Shown: piece after piece, positions 29,851 through 39,762 of the stretch
Numbering within the stretch: position 1 is the first letter of the stretch
Layout: each line of letters opens with the position of its first letter
Assembly: GCA_964521625.1 (NCBI GenBank)
Contig: CAZFSM010000019.1
Location: forward strand, 4,546-68,545
Direction of reading: 5' to 3'
DNA: 64,000 bases
Source of the DNA: an uncultured Veillonellaceae bacterium
Lineage (GTDB): Bacteria; Bacillota; Negativicutes; UBA1444
Translations under genes and position numbers: made by a program
Notes under the pieces: generated by a model
The model's database searches: none
Seen by the model: only the letters and a program-made list of their open reading frames with translations
What the model was told of the DNA's origin: nothing

Positions 29851-31674
29851 ATGAAAAGAACCGACTTAAGAAATGTTGCGATTATCGCCCACGTTGACCA
29901 TGGAAAAACGACGCTGGTCGATGCCATGCTGAAACAGAGCGGCGTGTTCCGTGCCAACGAAAATGTACCGATTTGCGTCATGGATTCCAATGACCTGGAA
30001 CGCGAACGCGGGATCACAATTTTGGCCAAAAACACGGCGGTCATTTATCACGACATCAAGATCAACATCGTCGATACACCGGGTCATGCCGATTTTGGCG
30101 GCGAAGTGGAACGCGTACTGAACATGGTCGACGGCGTGTTGCTGCTTGTAGATGCATTCGAAGGGCCGATGCCTCAGACCAAGTATGTATTGCGCAAAGC
30201 GCTGGAACAAAAACTGAAACCGATCGTGGTCATCAACAAAATTGACAGGCAAGATGAGCGCGCCGAAGAAGTCGTCGACGAAGTATTGGATCTGTTCATC
30301 GAACTGGGCGCAACCGAAGAACAACTCGATTTTCCGGTAGTATTTGCGGCGGCTCGCGCCGGTATTGCCAAATTGAACATGTCGGATGAAAGCGATAGTC
30401 TGGAACCACTATTTGCAACGCTGGTGCAGGAGATCCCGATGCCGGAAGGCGAAGAGCATGCACCGCTGCAGATCATGGTGACGACCATCGACCATGATGA
30501 GTATGTAGGACGCATAGGCATCGGACGCGTGGTACGGGGGACAGTCAAGGCGGGACAAACGGTTTCCGTATTGCATCGCGATGCTGAAAGCAAGCAGAAG
30601 ATCAACCTGCTCTATGTCTACGACGGCCTAAAACGCAAGGAAGTTCCGACAGCATCGATCGGCGATATCATCGCAATCACCGGTCTAGATGAGTTTACGA
30701 TCGGCGACACGCTAGCCGATCCGGAAAATCCGGAAACATTGCCGACCATGAATATCGATGAACCAACCTTGTCGATGATGTTCATGGTCAACAACGGTCC
30801 TTTTGCCGGCAAGGAAGGACAGTATGTCACTTCGCGACATTTGCGGGATCGTTTGATGAAGGAAAAGGAATCAAACGTCAGCCTGCGGATTCAGGAAACC
30901 GACAGTCCGGACACTTTTGAGGTCTGCGGACGCGGCGAGCTCCATCTGGCGGTTCTGATCGAAACGATGCGGCGCGAAGGCTATGAGTTTTGTGTAGGCA
31001 AGCCGCAGGTCATTTATAAGGAAATCAAGGGGAAACGATGCGAACCGCTGGAATTCCTCACCGTCGACGTGCCAGCGGAATTCATGGGCGCGGTTATGGA
31101 TCAACTGGGAACCCAACGGGCGGAAATGGTCAACATGGTCGAACTGGCGGGTTATCTGCGGCTGGAATTTGTTGTGCCGGCACGCAGCCTGATTGGATTC
31201 CGCTCACAATTTCTCACCAATACCAAAGGGAACGGGATCATGCATCATGTGTACCATGGTTATGCTCCCTACAAAGGCGATATTCCCGGTCGTACCCGGG
31301 GAGCTTTGGTGGCCTTTGAAACAGGGGAAACCAGTGCCTATGGAATTTTCAACATTCAAGATCGCGGCGTGATGTTCATCGTGCCGGGCCAAAAAGTGTA
31401 CGCAGGCATGATTGTGGGCGAAAATACCCGCGAGCTGGACATGGATATCAATCCCTGCAAGAAGAAGCAGATGACCAATACGCGCTCAAGCTCGGCCGAT
31501 GAGGCGCTGCGCCTGATTACTCCCCGGATCATGAGTCTGGAACAGTGTCTGGAACACATCAATGATGATGAACTGGTGGAAGTTACCCCGCAAAACTTGC
31601 GGTTGCGCAAAGCGATTCTGGATCGCGTCCTGCGTGGCCGGCAACGCAAAAACGCCGCTAACGCCAACCAATAA
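29851..31674 (+). CDS. typA: Translational GTPase TypA/BipA
   Basis: AIIAHVDHGKTTL, DTPGHADF, NKID motifs and BipA-specific C-terminal domains. 607 aa. Confidence 0.95.
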   Translation: MKRTDLRNVAIIAHVDHGKTTLVDAMLKQSGVFRANENVPICVMDSNDLERERGITILAKNTAVIYHDIKINIVDTPGHADFGGEVERVLNMVDGVLLLVDAFEGPMPQTKYVLRKALEQKLKPIVVINKIDRQDERAEEVVDEVLDLFIELGATEEQLDFPVVFAAARAGIAKLNMSDESDSLEPLFATLVQEIPMPEGEEHAPLQIMVTTIDHDEYVGRIGIGRVVRGTVKAGQTVSVLHRDAESKQKINLLYVYDGLKRKEVPTASIGDIIAITGLDEFTIGDTLADPENPETLPTMNIDEPTLSMMFMVNNGPFAGKEGQYVTSRHLRDRLMKEKESNVSLRIQETDSPDTFEVCGRGELHLAVLIETMRREGYEFCVGKPQVIYKEIKGKRCEPLEFLTVDVPAEFMGAVMDQLGTQRAEMVNMVELAGYLRLEFVVPARSLIGFRSQFLTNTKGNGIMHHVYHGYAPYKGDIPGRTRGALVAFETGETSAYGIFNIQDRGVMFIVPGQKVYAGMIVGENTRELDMDINPCKKKQMTNTRSSSADEALRLITPRIMSLEQCLEHINDDELVEVTPQNLRLRKAILDRVLRGRQRKNAANANQ

Positions 31675-31775
31675 AATTGTTTGGCAGTTTTGCAGGATTT
31701 GGGCTGGAATTTGTAGAATCTTGAATTCTACAACATTCGCTATCAGATTGCGGCAGCAGAACGGAGGCAGTTGAG

Positions 31776-32765
31776 ATGAACTGGTTGCGACGACGAAATT
31801 TGCATTGGGTCACTTTACTGGCTTGTCTATTCATCTCTATGCTGGTATGTGTTCCGTTTACGGTAATTTTTCCCGTAGGGGAGGCTGCCATTGCTAACGA
31901 CGGAACCGATGCTGAAGTCAGGCCGCCGGTAGAAAACCCGTCCCCGCCGCCACCACAACCGAAACCGCCAGTGACCGTTAAGCCGCCAGCCCCGCCGCCG
32001 GCAAGCGGGCCGACGGTGTCAATCACGGATGTCCGGGTGCGCAATGAAGACAAGGAAGGCAATGGCCTCAGCGAGTATAAAATCAGCTTTGATTATGACG
32101 AAACCCGCTGGATATCCTATTATGTAAAGCTGATCAACAATAGCGACGAACGGTTGCGCGGCAAGCTGGGAATTCGTTATATCCAGCCGGACGGCAAAAT
32201 GAAACAAAGTTCCAAGAGTCCTCCCGGTTACACGTTTGAACAGGACATTGATATACAGGATAACCTGGAGATGACCGGAGGCTGGGGCAAGGCTACTGGC
32301 GGCACATTTGAACCGGGCCGGCATCGGGTCGAATTTTGGTGGGCCGGTAAACGAATCCATCAACTGACCTTTGCTGTGAGCGAACCGGAAGTATCCCTGA
32401 AAATCAACACGATCCAGTTGCGCAACGAAAGCAAGGACAGTACACCGCTCAGCGATTTCGGCCGTTCTTTTGAGCGGAGCGAAATCCAGTATATCACGTT
32501 CCATTTGAAACTGGAGAACACAACGTCTCAGTTGCAAACAGGAAAAATCGGCGTTAAGTTCTTCGGCCCCGACGGTGAGCTGTTGCGCAGCAGCAAGAGT
32601 CCCGCAGGGTTGACACTGGACCATTCCGTCAGTGTCCAGGATACGGTGATCATCAATAATGGCTGGGGCAATAGCGCCGGCAATTATTTTGAACCGGGCC
32701 GGCATCGGATTGAGTTCTGGTGGAACGACAAACGGATCGGTCAGATTTATTTTGATGTGAACTGA
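31776..32765 (+). CDS. Hypothetical secreted or membrane-anchored protein with a proline-rich linker and two tandem copies of an uncharacterised ~140-aa domain
   Basis: N-terminal hydrophobic segment, then PPVENPSPPPPQPKPPVTVKPPAPPPASGP, then two homologous units. Each unit ends ...SKSP.G.T......QD......GWG...G..FEPGRHR.EFWW..KRI.Q..F.V. I recognise no known family. Confidence 0.6.
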   Translation: MNWLRRRNLHWVTLLACLFISMLVCVPFTVIFPVGEAAIANDGTDAEVRPPVENPSPPPPQPKPPVTVKPPAPPPASGPTVSITDVRVRNEDKEGNGLSEYKISFDYDETRWISYYVKLINNSDERLRGKLGIRYIQPDGKMKQSSKSPPGYTFEQDIDIQDNLEMTGGWGKATGGTFEPGRHRVEFWWAGKRIHQLTFAVSEPEVSLKINTIQLRNESKDSTPLSDFGRSFERSEIQYITFHLKLENTTSQLQTGKIGVKFFGPDGELLRSSKSPAGLTLDHSVSVQDTVIINNGWGNSAGNYFEPGRHRIEFWWNDKRIGQIYFDVN

Positions 32766-32963
32766 CAGGGGAGCATCCTTTTATGGCAGACGCAACGAGG
32801 CGTCGGCAACCGAAAGGTTCCGGCGCTATTTTTTATCTCCGTTGCTGGATAACTATTCATAAATCAGGAATAATTGTTGCTGAAAAAACGGCAAGTCTGC
32901 TATAATAAGCGAGTCAAAGCCGTTGCGGCAAGCGGTCCGCTAAGGTAGGGAGGCACAGAAACC

Positions 32964-33842
32964 ATGTTTCAGGAATTTGTTCAACAGGTAGTGAACGGAT
33001 TGGTGCTTGGCAGCACGTATGCGTTGATTGCCTTGGGCCTGACTATGATTTACGGGATTTTAGGTATTGTAAACTGGGCGCACAGCGAGCTATATATGCT
33101 GGGCGCTTTTGTCGGCGTATATCTGGTCGTGCACCTGCACTTGCCGTTTTTGCTGGGCCTGGTTCTGGCCATGCTGATAATGGCTTTGTTTGGTATGGCG
33201 ATGGATTTGCTGGTTTTCCGGCCGCTACGGTCGGCGCCGGAAATGAATATGATCATTGGCACGTTAGGGATTTCAATTTTTTTGGTGCAGGCGGCCGTGA
33301 TCGTATTTAGTCCCAACCCGGTGCGGTTTCCCACCGAATTTTCCGATGCGTATCTGTCCTTTATGGGGATTTCCATCACGTTGCAGCGGTTGATGGTGTT
33401 TTGCGTGACCCTCGTGCTGATTGCACTGCTCAACTACATTATCAAGTACACGACCGTCGGCAAAGCGATGCGGGCCTGTGAACAGAACCGGGACGCCGCC
33501 AAACTTATGGGGATCGATATTAACCGGATTTCACTGATTACCTGCGCGATCGGCGCTGCACTGGCTGCAGCGGCAGGCACACTGGTCGGGCCGATATTTC
33601 TGGTTTCGCCGCAGATGGGACTGGCTGCTATCTCCAAAGTTTTCGCTGTCGTGATCCTTGGCGGCATGGGTAACGTTCCCGGTGCGATCTGGGCGGCGTT
33701 TATCCTCGGCTTGGCTGAAAGCCTGACTGCCGGCTTTATTTCCTCTTACTACAAGGATATTGTGACCTTCTGCATTCTGATCGCGGTATTAATCGTCAAA
33801 CCGGCTGGCCTGTTCGGGCGTAGCCAGATTGAAAAGGTGTAA
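32964..33842 (+). CDS. livH: Branched-chain amino acid ABC transporter permease
   Basis: Polytopic LivH-type permease with a typical N-terminal motif. Followed by livM, livG and livF. Confidence 0.85.
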   Translation: MFQEFVQQVVNGLVLGSTYALIALGLTMIYGILGIVNWAHSELYMLGAFVGVYLVVHLHLPFLLGLVLAMLIMALFGMAMDLLVFRPLRSAPEMNMIIGTLGISIFLVQAAVIVFSPNPVRFPTEFSDAYLSFMGISITLQRLMVFCVTLVLIALLNYIIKYTTVGKAMRACEQNRDAAKLMGIDINRISLITCAIGAALAAAAGTLVGPIFLVSPQMGLAAISKVFAVVILGGMGNVPGAIWAAFILGLAESLTAGFISSYYKDIVTFCILIAVLIVKPAGLFGRSQIEKV

Positions 33843-33845
33843 CTG

Positions 33846-34823
33846 ATGAAACAATGGATGAGTGTAAAAAAACTGGCAATTTTCGCCGCTATTGTGTTGG
33901 CGGTGCTATTCCCGCTGATGGGGTTCAAAATGTATTACGTACATATTGGCGTGCTCAGTTTGCTGCATATCTTGTTGGCGCTCGGACTGAACCTGGTGGC
34001 CGGCTATGCCGGACAGCTGTCGCTGGCTCAGGCGGCATTCTTCGGGATTGGCGCTTATGTTTCGGCTTTGCTGATGCTTAATCTGCATTGGTCTTTCTGG
34101 CTGGCTGCGCCAATGGGCGCTTTGGCAGCCGGCTTGGTCGCCGTTGGTATTGGCTTACCTACGCTGCGCCTGAAAGGACCATATTTCGTTATCTCGACGA
34201 TGGGATTTGGTGAAATCGTCCGTCTGGTTTTTTTGAACTGGGAGTCGGTGACCCGGGGGCCGAACGGTTTGCCGGGCATCCCGGCGCCAGACCCGATTTC
34301 GCTGGGGTTTATGACGCTGACCTTTGAAAGCCGGGTCGAAAACTATTATCTGATTCTGGTGGTTTTACTGGTTGTGTTGGTCCTCTATTACAATTTGGTC
34401 CATTCACGGGTCGGCAGAGCCTTGCGGGCAATTCGCAACGACTACATTGCCACGCAGGTGATGGGCATTCATGTCGCGTTTTACCGGATTCTGGCGTTTG
34501 GCGCGGGCGCTGCGATATCCGGGTTGACCGGCGCATTGTACGCCGGCTACATTCGGTTTGTCAGCCCGGACACCTTCACCATCGGCGAGTCGATCAATAT
34601 TCTGATCATGATGGTCATCGGTGGCATGGGTACGATCAGCGGACCGATTATCGGCGCAATTTTCATCACCTATCTGCTGGAGACGATGCGCGTGTTCGCT
34701 GAATACCGGCTGGTAATTTATGGACTGCTGATGTTCTTTGTCATTCTGTATATGCCGCAGGGAATCGCCGGTATGGCGGAAAAACTTTGGCTGCGTCTGA
34801 CAGCCGCCAGGAAGGGGGCGTGA
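33846..34823 (+). CDS. livM: Branched-chain amino acid ABC transporter permease
   Basis: LivM-type permease in the expected operon context. Confidence 0.85.
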   Translation: MKQWMSVKKLAIFAAIVLAVLFPLMGFKMYYVHIGVLSLLHILLALGLNLVAGYAGQLSLAQAAFFGIGAYVSALLMLNLHWSFWLAAPMGALAAGLVAVGIGLPTLRLKGPYFVISTMGFGEIVRLVFLNWESVTRGPNGLPGIPAPDPISLGFMTLTFESRVENYYLILVVLLVVLVLYYNLVHSRVGRALRAIRNDYIATQVMGIHVAFYRILAFGAGAAISGLTGALYAGYIRFVSPDTFTIGESINILIMMVIGGMGTISGPIIGAIFITYLLETMRVFAEYRLVIYGLLMFFVILYMPQGIAGMAEKLWLRLTAARKGA

Positions 34824-34827
34824 CGCC

Positions 34828-35595
34828 ATGCTGAAGTGTGAAGCATTAACCATCCGGTTTGGTGGACTTTCGGCAATCGATAATCTCGATTTTGCAATTG
34901 CCGCCGGCGAAATTCGCGGCCTGATCGGGCCGAACGGTTCGGGGAAAACTACGCTATTCAATTTAATTTCCGGACTTTACACGCCGACATCCGGTTCGAT
35001 ACTGTTCGAAGGCAAGCCAATTGCCGGTCGTCGCCCGGACGAAGTGACCCGGGCCGGAATCGCCAGGACGTTCCAAAATATTCGTTTGTTTGGCGACATG
35101 ACGGTCTGGGAGAATTTACTGGTGGGACGCCATTCGCGTTTAAAACAAACTGTGTTTGACGACATTTTTTCCACAGCGACAAAACGTCGCGAAGAAGCAC
35201 TTGCCAAGGAGATGTTGGAGTCGCTGCTCAAACAGTTCCGCATGGAAAAACTGCGTGATGAATTGGCCAAGAATCTGCCGTATGGTTTGCAGCGCGAGCT
35301 GGAAATCATGCGGGCGATGGCTTCTGAGCCGCGCCTTCTAATGCTGGATGAACCGGCAGCTGGCATGAACCCCCAGGAAACCGACCAGTTGATGCTGCAG
35401 ATCAAACGGTTGAAAGAGCTTGGGTTTACGGTACTGGTCGTGGAACATGACATGAAACTGGTGATGAATATCTGCGACAAGATCACCGTGCTCAACTATG
35501 GCAAAAAAATTGCCGAGGGGGTCCCGCGTGACATCCAGGCACATCCGGAAGTCATTGGCGCTTATTTGGGAAAGCAGGTGAAGGATAGTGCTTAA
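34828..35595 (+). CDS. livG: Branched-chain amino acid ABC transporter ATP-binding protein
   Basis: Walker A GPNGSGKTT, signature LPYGLQRELEIMRA, Walker B LLMLDEPAAG. Confidence 0.9.
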   Translation: MLKCEALTIRFGGLSAIDNLDFAIAAGEIRGLIGPNGSGKTTLFNLISGLYTPTSGSILFEGKPIAGRRPDEVTRAGIARTFQNIRLFGDMTVWENLLVGRHSRLKQTVFDDIFSTATKRREEALAKEMLESLLKQFRMEKLRDELAKNLPYGLQRELEIMRAMASEPRLLMLDEPAAGMNPQETDQLMLQIKRLKELGFTVLVVEHDMKLVMNICDKITVLNYGKKIAEGVPRDIQAHPEVIGAYLGKQVKDSA

Positions 35596-36292
35596 GATCA
35601 GGGATTTATCTGTGCATTACGGCAAAATCAAAGCCGTGCGCCAGATCGATATGGATATCGAGCAGGGGGAAATCGTTTCGCTGATCGGCGCTAACGGCGC
35701 AGGTAAATCGACAACCCTGCGGGCGTTGTCCGGGCTGGTGAAAACTGCGGGCGGCAGTGTGGAATTTGCCGGAAAAAACATTACCGGTTGGAGCGCCAAA
35801 GCGATTGTGGAGGTAGGCATCAGCCATTGTCCGGAAGGTCGGCAGATATTTCCCCGCATGACCGTGATGGAAAATCTCGAACTTGGCGCTTATACGCGCA
35901 AAGACACGAAGAATCTCAGCGCTGAATATGACCGGATCTTTGAATATTTCCCGGTGTTGGCGCAAAGACGGACACAACTCGGCGGCACGCTGTCCGGCGG
36001 CGAGCAGCAGATGTTGGCGATTGGCCGGGCGCTGATGTCCAAACCGAAGTTGCTGCTGCTGGACGAACCTTCGCTGGGACTGGCGCCGCTACTGGTGGAA
36101 AAGATTTTCGAGATCATCCAGAACATCAACCGGGAAGGGATGACAGTGCTTCTGATCGAACAGAATGCCTGGCAGGCCCTGAATATATCGAATCGGGGCT
36201 ACGTAATGGAAACCGGTTCGGTCGCGGTAACTGGCGCAGCAGTTGATTTGCTGCACAATGATCATGTGCGTCGGGCCTACCTGGGAGAGTAA
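35588..36292 (+). CDS. livF: Branched-chain amino acid ABC transporter ATP-binding protein
   Basis: Walker A GANGAGKST, signature LSGGEQQMLAIGRAL, Walker B LLLLDEPS. Confidence 0.9.
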   Translation: MLKIRDLSVHYGKIKAVRQIDMDIEQGEIVSLIGANGAGKSTTLRALSGLVKTAGGSVEFAGKNITGWSAKAIVEVGISHCPEGRQIFPRMTVMENLELGAYTRKDTKNLSAEYDRIFEYFPVLAQRRTQLGGTLSGGEQQMLAIGRALMSKPKLLLLDEPSLGLAPLLVEKIFEIIQNINREGMTVLLIEQNAWQALNISNRGYVMETGSVAVTGAAVDLLHNDHVRRAYLGE

Positions 36293-36325
36293 TTTTAGCA
36301 AAAGAGAAGGAAAGGAAGGAATCTT

Positions 36326-37511
36326 GATGTTGAAACAAAAAGCCAAATTTCTGAGTGCCCTTGCCCTGAGTGCTGTAATGTCTGTCAGCATGTTGGCAGG
36401 TTGCGGCGGCGGCGCTAAAGAACCAGCCAAACCGGCAGTTCAGGCGCCGATTAAACTGGGCGTTATCGGACCTTACACCGGACCCAATGCCAAACCGGGC
36501 CAAAGCATGAAACAGGGCGTAAACCTGGCGGTGGAGGAAATCAACAAAGCAGGCGGCGTGAAAGGCCGCAAACTTGAAGTCCTGTTTGAAGACGACGCTT
36601 CGGTGCCGGCACAGTCCGTTTCGGCAACTGAGAAACTGATCAACAAAGATGAAGTGTCCTATTTGATTGGCACCTTCAACAGTGCTACTACATTGGCCGA
36701 CATGAAAATCATCGAGCGCGACAAAACCCCGATGATGGTGCCGATCGCCGTAGCGATCCAAATCACCGAGTCCGGCAATAAATGGGTGTTCCGTAATTCT
36801 GCGACGAACCCGATGCAGGCCGAACAGTTGATGAATTACATCTACAAAGAGACCAAACTGCGCAAGTTCGCCGTACTGCATGAAAACACCGATTACGGCA
36901 AAGGTCTGATGGTTGCAGTCGAAGAGTATGTCAAAAAGAATGGCGGCAACATGGTTGCTGAGGCTTACTCGATCGGCGACACCGATTTTTATGCTCAGCT
37001 GACCAAAATCAAGAATAATGCACCAGAAGCGATCATCATCTGCGGCAATCTGTCCGAAGGCTCCCAGATCACCCGTCAATTCAAAGAGCTCGGTTTGAAA
37101 GCCCAATTGTTCGGTTTTGGCGGACTGTCCTCGTTTGACTTTAATAACGTGGCAGCCGGTTCAAACGAAGGCCTGATCGCGACCAGTTATTTTGAAAACG
37201 CATCGCCGAATCCGCTGGCACAGAATTTCATCAAAGCTTATAAAGCAAAATTCAATGTGGACCCGGATATGTTTGCGGCAGCGATCTATGAATCAGTCTA
37301 CATCGCCAAAGATGCCATCGAAAAGATGGGCGATACCAAAGATATTGCCGCTTTCCGGGTAGCGCTGCGCGACCAGTTGGCAAAAACCAAAGACCTGCCG
37401 GGAGTACAGGGACCGACATCATTCGATCCCAAGGGCCAGGCTGATAAACAGGTCATGATCATCCAATGGGAAAAAGGACAGAAAAAAGTTCTGTTCCCAA
37501 AAGCGAAATAA
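36326..37511 (+). CDS. Branched-chain amino acid ABC transporter substrate-binding lipoprotein (LivJ/LivK family)
   Basis: ATG at 36326 with RBS AAGGAAGGAA. Lipoprotein signal peptide with lipobox LAGC; periplasmic binding protein type-I fold. The ORF-track start at 36243 overlaps livF. Confidence 0.85.
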
Positions 37512-37575
37512 TACTGTCACATTGTATTTTATGTAAAATTTCCGGTTAAAGTACTAGAAAAAAACATAATATCGT

Positions 37576-37604
37576 GTTGACAACCACATTTTTGTCGGGT
37601 AGAA
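37576..37604 (+). promoter_or_regulatory. Sigma-A-type promoter (TTGACA, 17 nt, TAGAAT) upstream of the glnA leader
   Basis: Consensus -35 hexamer at 37576-37581 and TAGAAT at 37599-37604 with 17-bp spacing. Confidence 0.55.
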
Positions 37605-37643
37605 TGAAAACAATTCAAGTAACCGATTAAATGTGGCAATGAA

Positions 37644-37693
37644 GCCGAATTTGATGTGAAGGATTCCTTCGCTTATCAAATTTGGCTTTTTTT
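37644..37693 (+). terminator. Terminator-like hairpin (candidate transcription attenuator) in the 5' leader of glnA
   Basis: GCCGAATTTGATgtGAAGGattCCTTCgcttATCAAATTTGGC followed by TTTTTTT. Only about 38 nt separate it from the glnA ATG, and no promoter fits in between. Confidence 0.6.
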
Positions 37694-37731
37694 ATCAAAA
37701 AAATCAAAAATAATTAAGTGAGGTGTTTAGC

Positions 37732-39630
37732 ATGGCAAAAGAATTACTCTATCTGATCCCGGCAGCCAAGTGCGACAAAAAGGAAATCCTCCACATTCTG
37801 AAAAGCCATCCGGAAATCAAATTCGTCTCGATGGTCGGCATTGATCTGGCCGGTAACGATACCGATGAAAAGATTCCCGTGCGTGTATTCCTGAAAGACA
37901 TCGAAGATTTTTACAACGGCCACGCCATTCAGACCGACGGTTCTTCGGTAGTGTTGACCGGCATTGCCACTCTCAACAACGCCAAAGTCGATATGTATGT
38001 TGACCCCAGTGTGAACTGGTACATAGACTACAACTGGGAAGCCGAAGATCAAGAAACCGGTTTGCCGGTCGGAACACTCAGAATCCCGGCTTTCCTGGTA
38101 CATAATGGCGTGCGCGTTGATTCTCGTTCCATCCTGACCCAGACTCTCGAGTATGTTGGTGCGGAGATCAAAACGTTGCTGAAAAAAGCTGGCAAGGTTC
38201 CCGGTCTGGAGCATGTAAAAGTCTCGGAAATCGATGAAGTTTTGTTCACGGTTGGTACTGAGCTTGAATTCTGGGTAAAAACCCCAGCTGAAGAAACTCA
38301 TGTCGAAGATCTTTCCTCCACCCAGGTTATGCAGGAAAACTACTGGCAGCGTACTCGCGGCCAAGCCCGGACTGCGCTGGAAGATGCCATGACCATGCTG
38401 GAAACCTACGGATTGCAGCCGGAGATGGGGCACAAGGAAGTTGGCGGCGTCAAAGCCAAACTTGGCGAGTCCGGTAGTCTTGAGCACATCATGGAACAGA
38501 TGGAAATCGACTGGCGGTTTGCCCCGGCAGTGCAAGCCATCGACAATGAACTACTGGCCCGCATCCTGGTTAAAGAAGCATTCCGCCTGAACGGACTTGA
38601 AGTGTCTTTCCAAGCCAAGCCGATCATTGGCGTAGCTGGCAACGGCGAACATACCCACACCGGTATGGCCGTGAAACTGAAATCCGGCAAAATCGTCAAC
38701 CTGTATGCTCCCAAAGATATGAAGAAAGATTTCATGAGTTCCGTCGGTTACGGCGCAATCATGGGTCTTTTGAAGAACTACGAAGTTGTCAACCCTTTCG
38801 TTACTTCCACCAATGACGCATTCAACCGCCTGAAACCAGGTTTTGAAGCGCCGGTTTGCATCGTGACCTCGCTGGGTCATAGCCCGGAAGTACCTTCCCG
38901 TAACCGGACGATCCTGGCCGGTTTGGTCCGCGATGTCGAAAATCCGTTGGCAACCCGTTTCGAAATCCGCGCCTTCAACCCGCTCAGCAACTCTTATGTT
39001 GGCGTGGCTGCAGCCTATCTGGCAATGCTCGACGGCATCAAAGCCGCGATCAATTCCGGCAAATCCAATGCCGAGCTGCTGGCCGAACTGTCCAAAGAGC
39101 CGGACGCCAAAGGTTTCTATCTGGAAAAAGGCCGCGCCTATCGCAGCGAGCATGACGTATTTGATGACTATACGCCGGAGCAACGCGACAAGATGTTTGG
39201 CAAACCGCCCGCGACTGTGTGGGAGAACATGGAAGCTCTGAAACAGTATCCGGAAAAACTGAAAGTGCTGAAAGCAGGCAACGTAATGCGGCAAGACCTG
39301 ATTGACGCTTTCGTCAATGGCGCACTGCTGCGTTGGAAAGTCGAACTGATCGAACGGATTATCCCGCAGCATCTTGAAACGGTTCGTTCGATTGTTTGCC
39401 TGCATTGCGAAGAGAATCCGGTTGATGATGCAGCCTGGACCGCAATCAATGACTTGCGTTTGTATCTGGCCAAAGATGGCGCGGCAAAATCGTTGTTCAG
39501 CCGCTTGCGCGAAGCGCTGACTGCCGGCAAGTATAAAGAAGCATCAACGATGCAGCAGGAAATGACTGCAAAAATGGGCGACCTGGAAGCGATGTACGAA
39601 GTGTACAAACGCAACCTGCTTGATATTTAA
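37732..39630 (+). CDS. glnA: Glutamine synthetase type III (clostridial-type GlnA, about 630 aa)
   Basis: ATG at 37732 with RBS AGTGAGGTG. The length and N-terminal domain organisation match GSIII rather than GSI. The catalytic region contains a GSI/GSIII-like ATP-binding block (KPIIGVAGNGEHTHTG). Confidence 0.8.
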   Translation: MAKELLYLIPAAKCDKKEILHILKSHPEIKFVSMVGIDLAGNDTDEKIPVRVFLKDIEDFYNGHAIQTDGSSVVLTGIATLNNAKVDMYVDPSVNWYIDYNWEAEDQETGLPVGTLRIPAFLVHNGVRVDSRSILTQTLEYVGAEIKTLLKKAGKVPGLEHVKVSEIDEVLFTVGTELEFWVKTPAEETHVEDLSSTQVMQENYWQRTRGQARTALEDAMTMLETYGLQPEMGHKEVGGVKAKLGESGSLEHIMEQMEIDWRFAPAVQAIDNELLARILVKEAFRLNGLEVSFQAKPIIGVAGNGEHTHTGMAVKLKSGKIVNLYAPKDMKKDFMSSVGYGAIMGLLKNYEVVNPFVTSTNDAFNRLKPGFEAPVCIVTSLGHSPEVPSRNRTILAGLVRDVENPLATRFEIRAFNPLSNSYVGVAAAYLAMLDGIKAAINSGKSNAELLAELSKEPDAKGFYLEKGRAYRSEHDVFDDYTPEQRDKMFGKPPATVWENMEALKQYPEKLKVLKAGNVMRQDLIDAFVNGALLRWKVELIERIIPQHLETVRSIVCLHCEENPVDDAAWTAINDLRLYLAKDGAAKSLFSRLREALTAGKYKEASTMQQEMTAKMGDLEAMYEVYKRNLLDI

Positions 39631-39662
39631 ACCAATTCATTGATAACTCCCCCAAGCCCTAA

Positions 39663-39699
39663 GGGAAAAGGCGACCGCTATGGTCGCTTTTCCCTTTTG
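39663..39699 (+). terminator. Intrinsic terminator after glnA
   Basis: GGGAAAAGGCGACCgctatGGTCGCTTTTCCC followed by TTTTG. Confidence 0.85.
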
Positions 39700-39762
39700 C
39701 CGAGTTGGGGCGATAACACGCAAGGCAGGAATTAGCTTTCGTTTTGCGGAACTATAATAATT

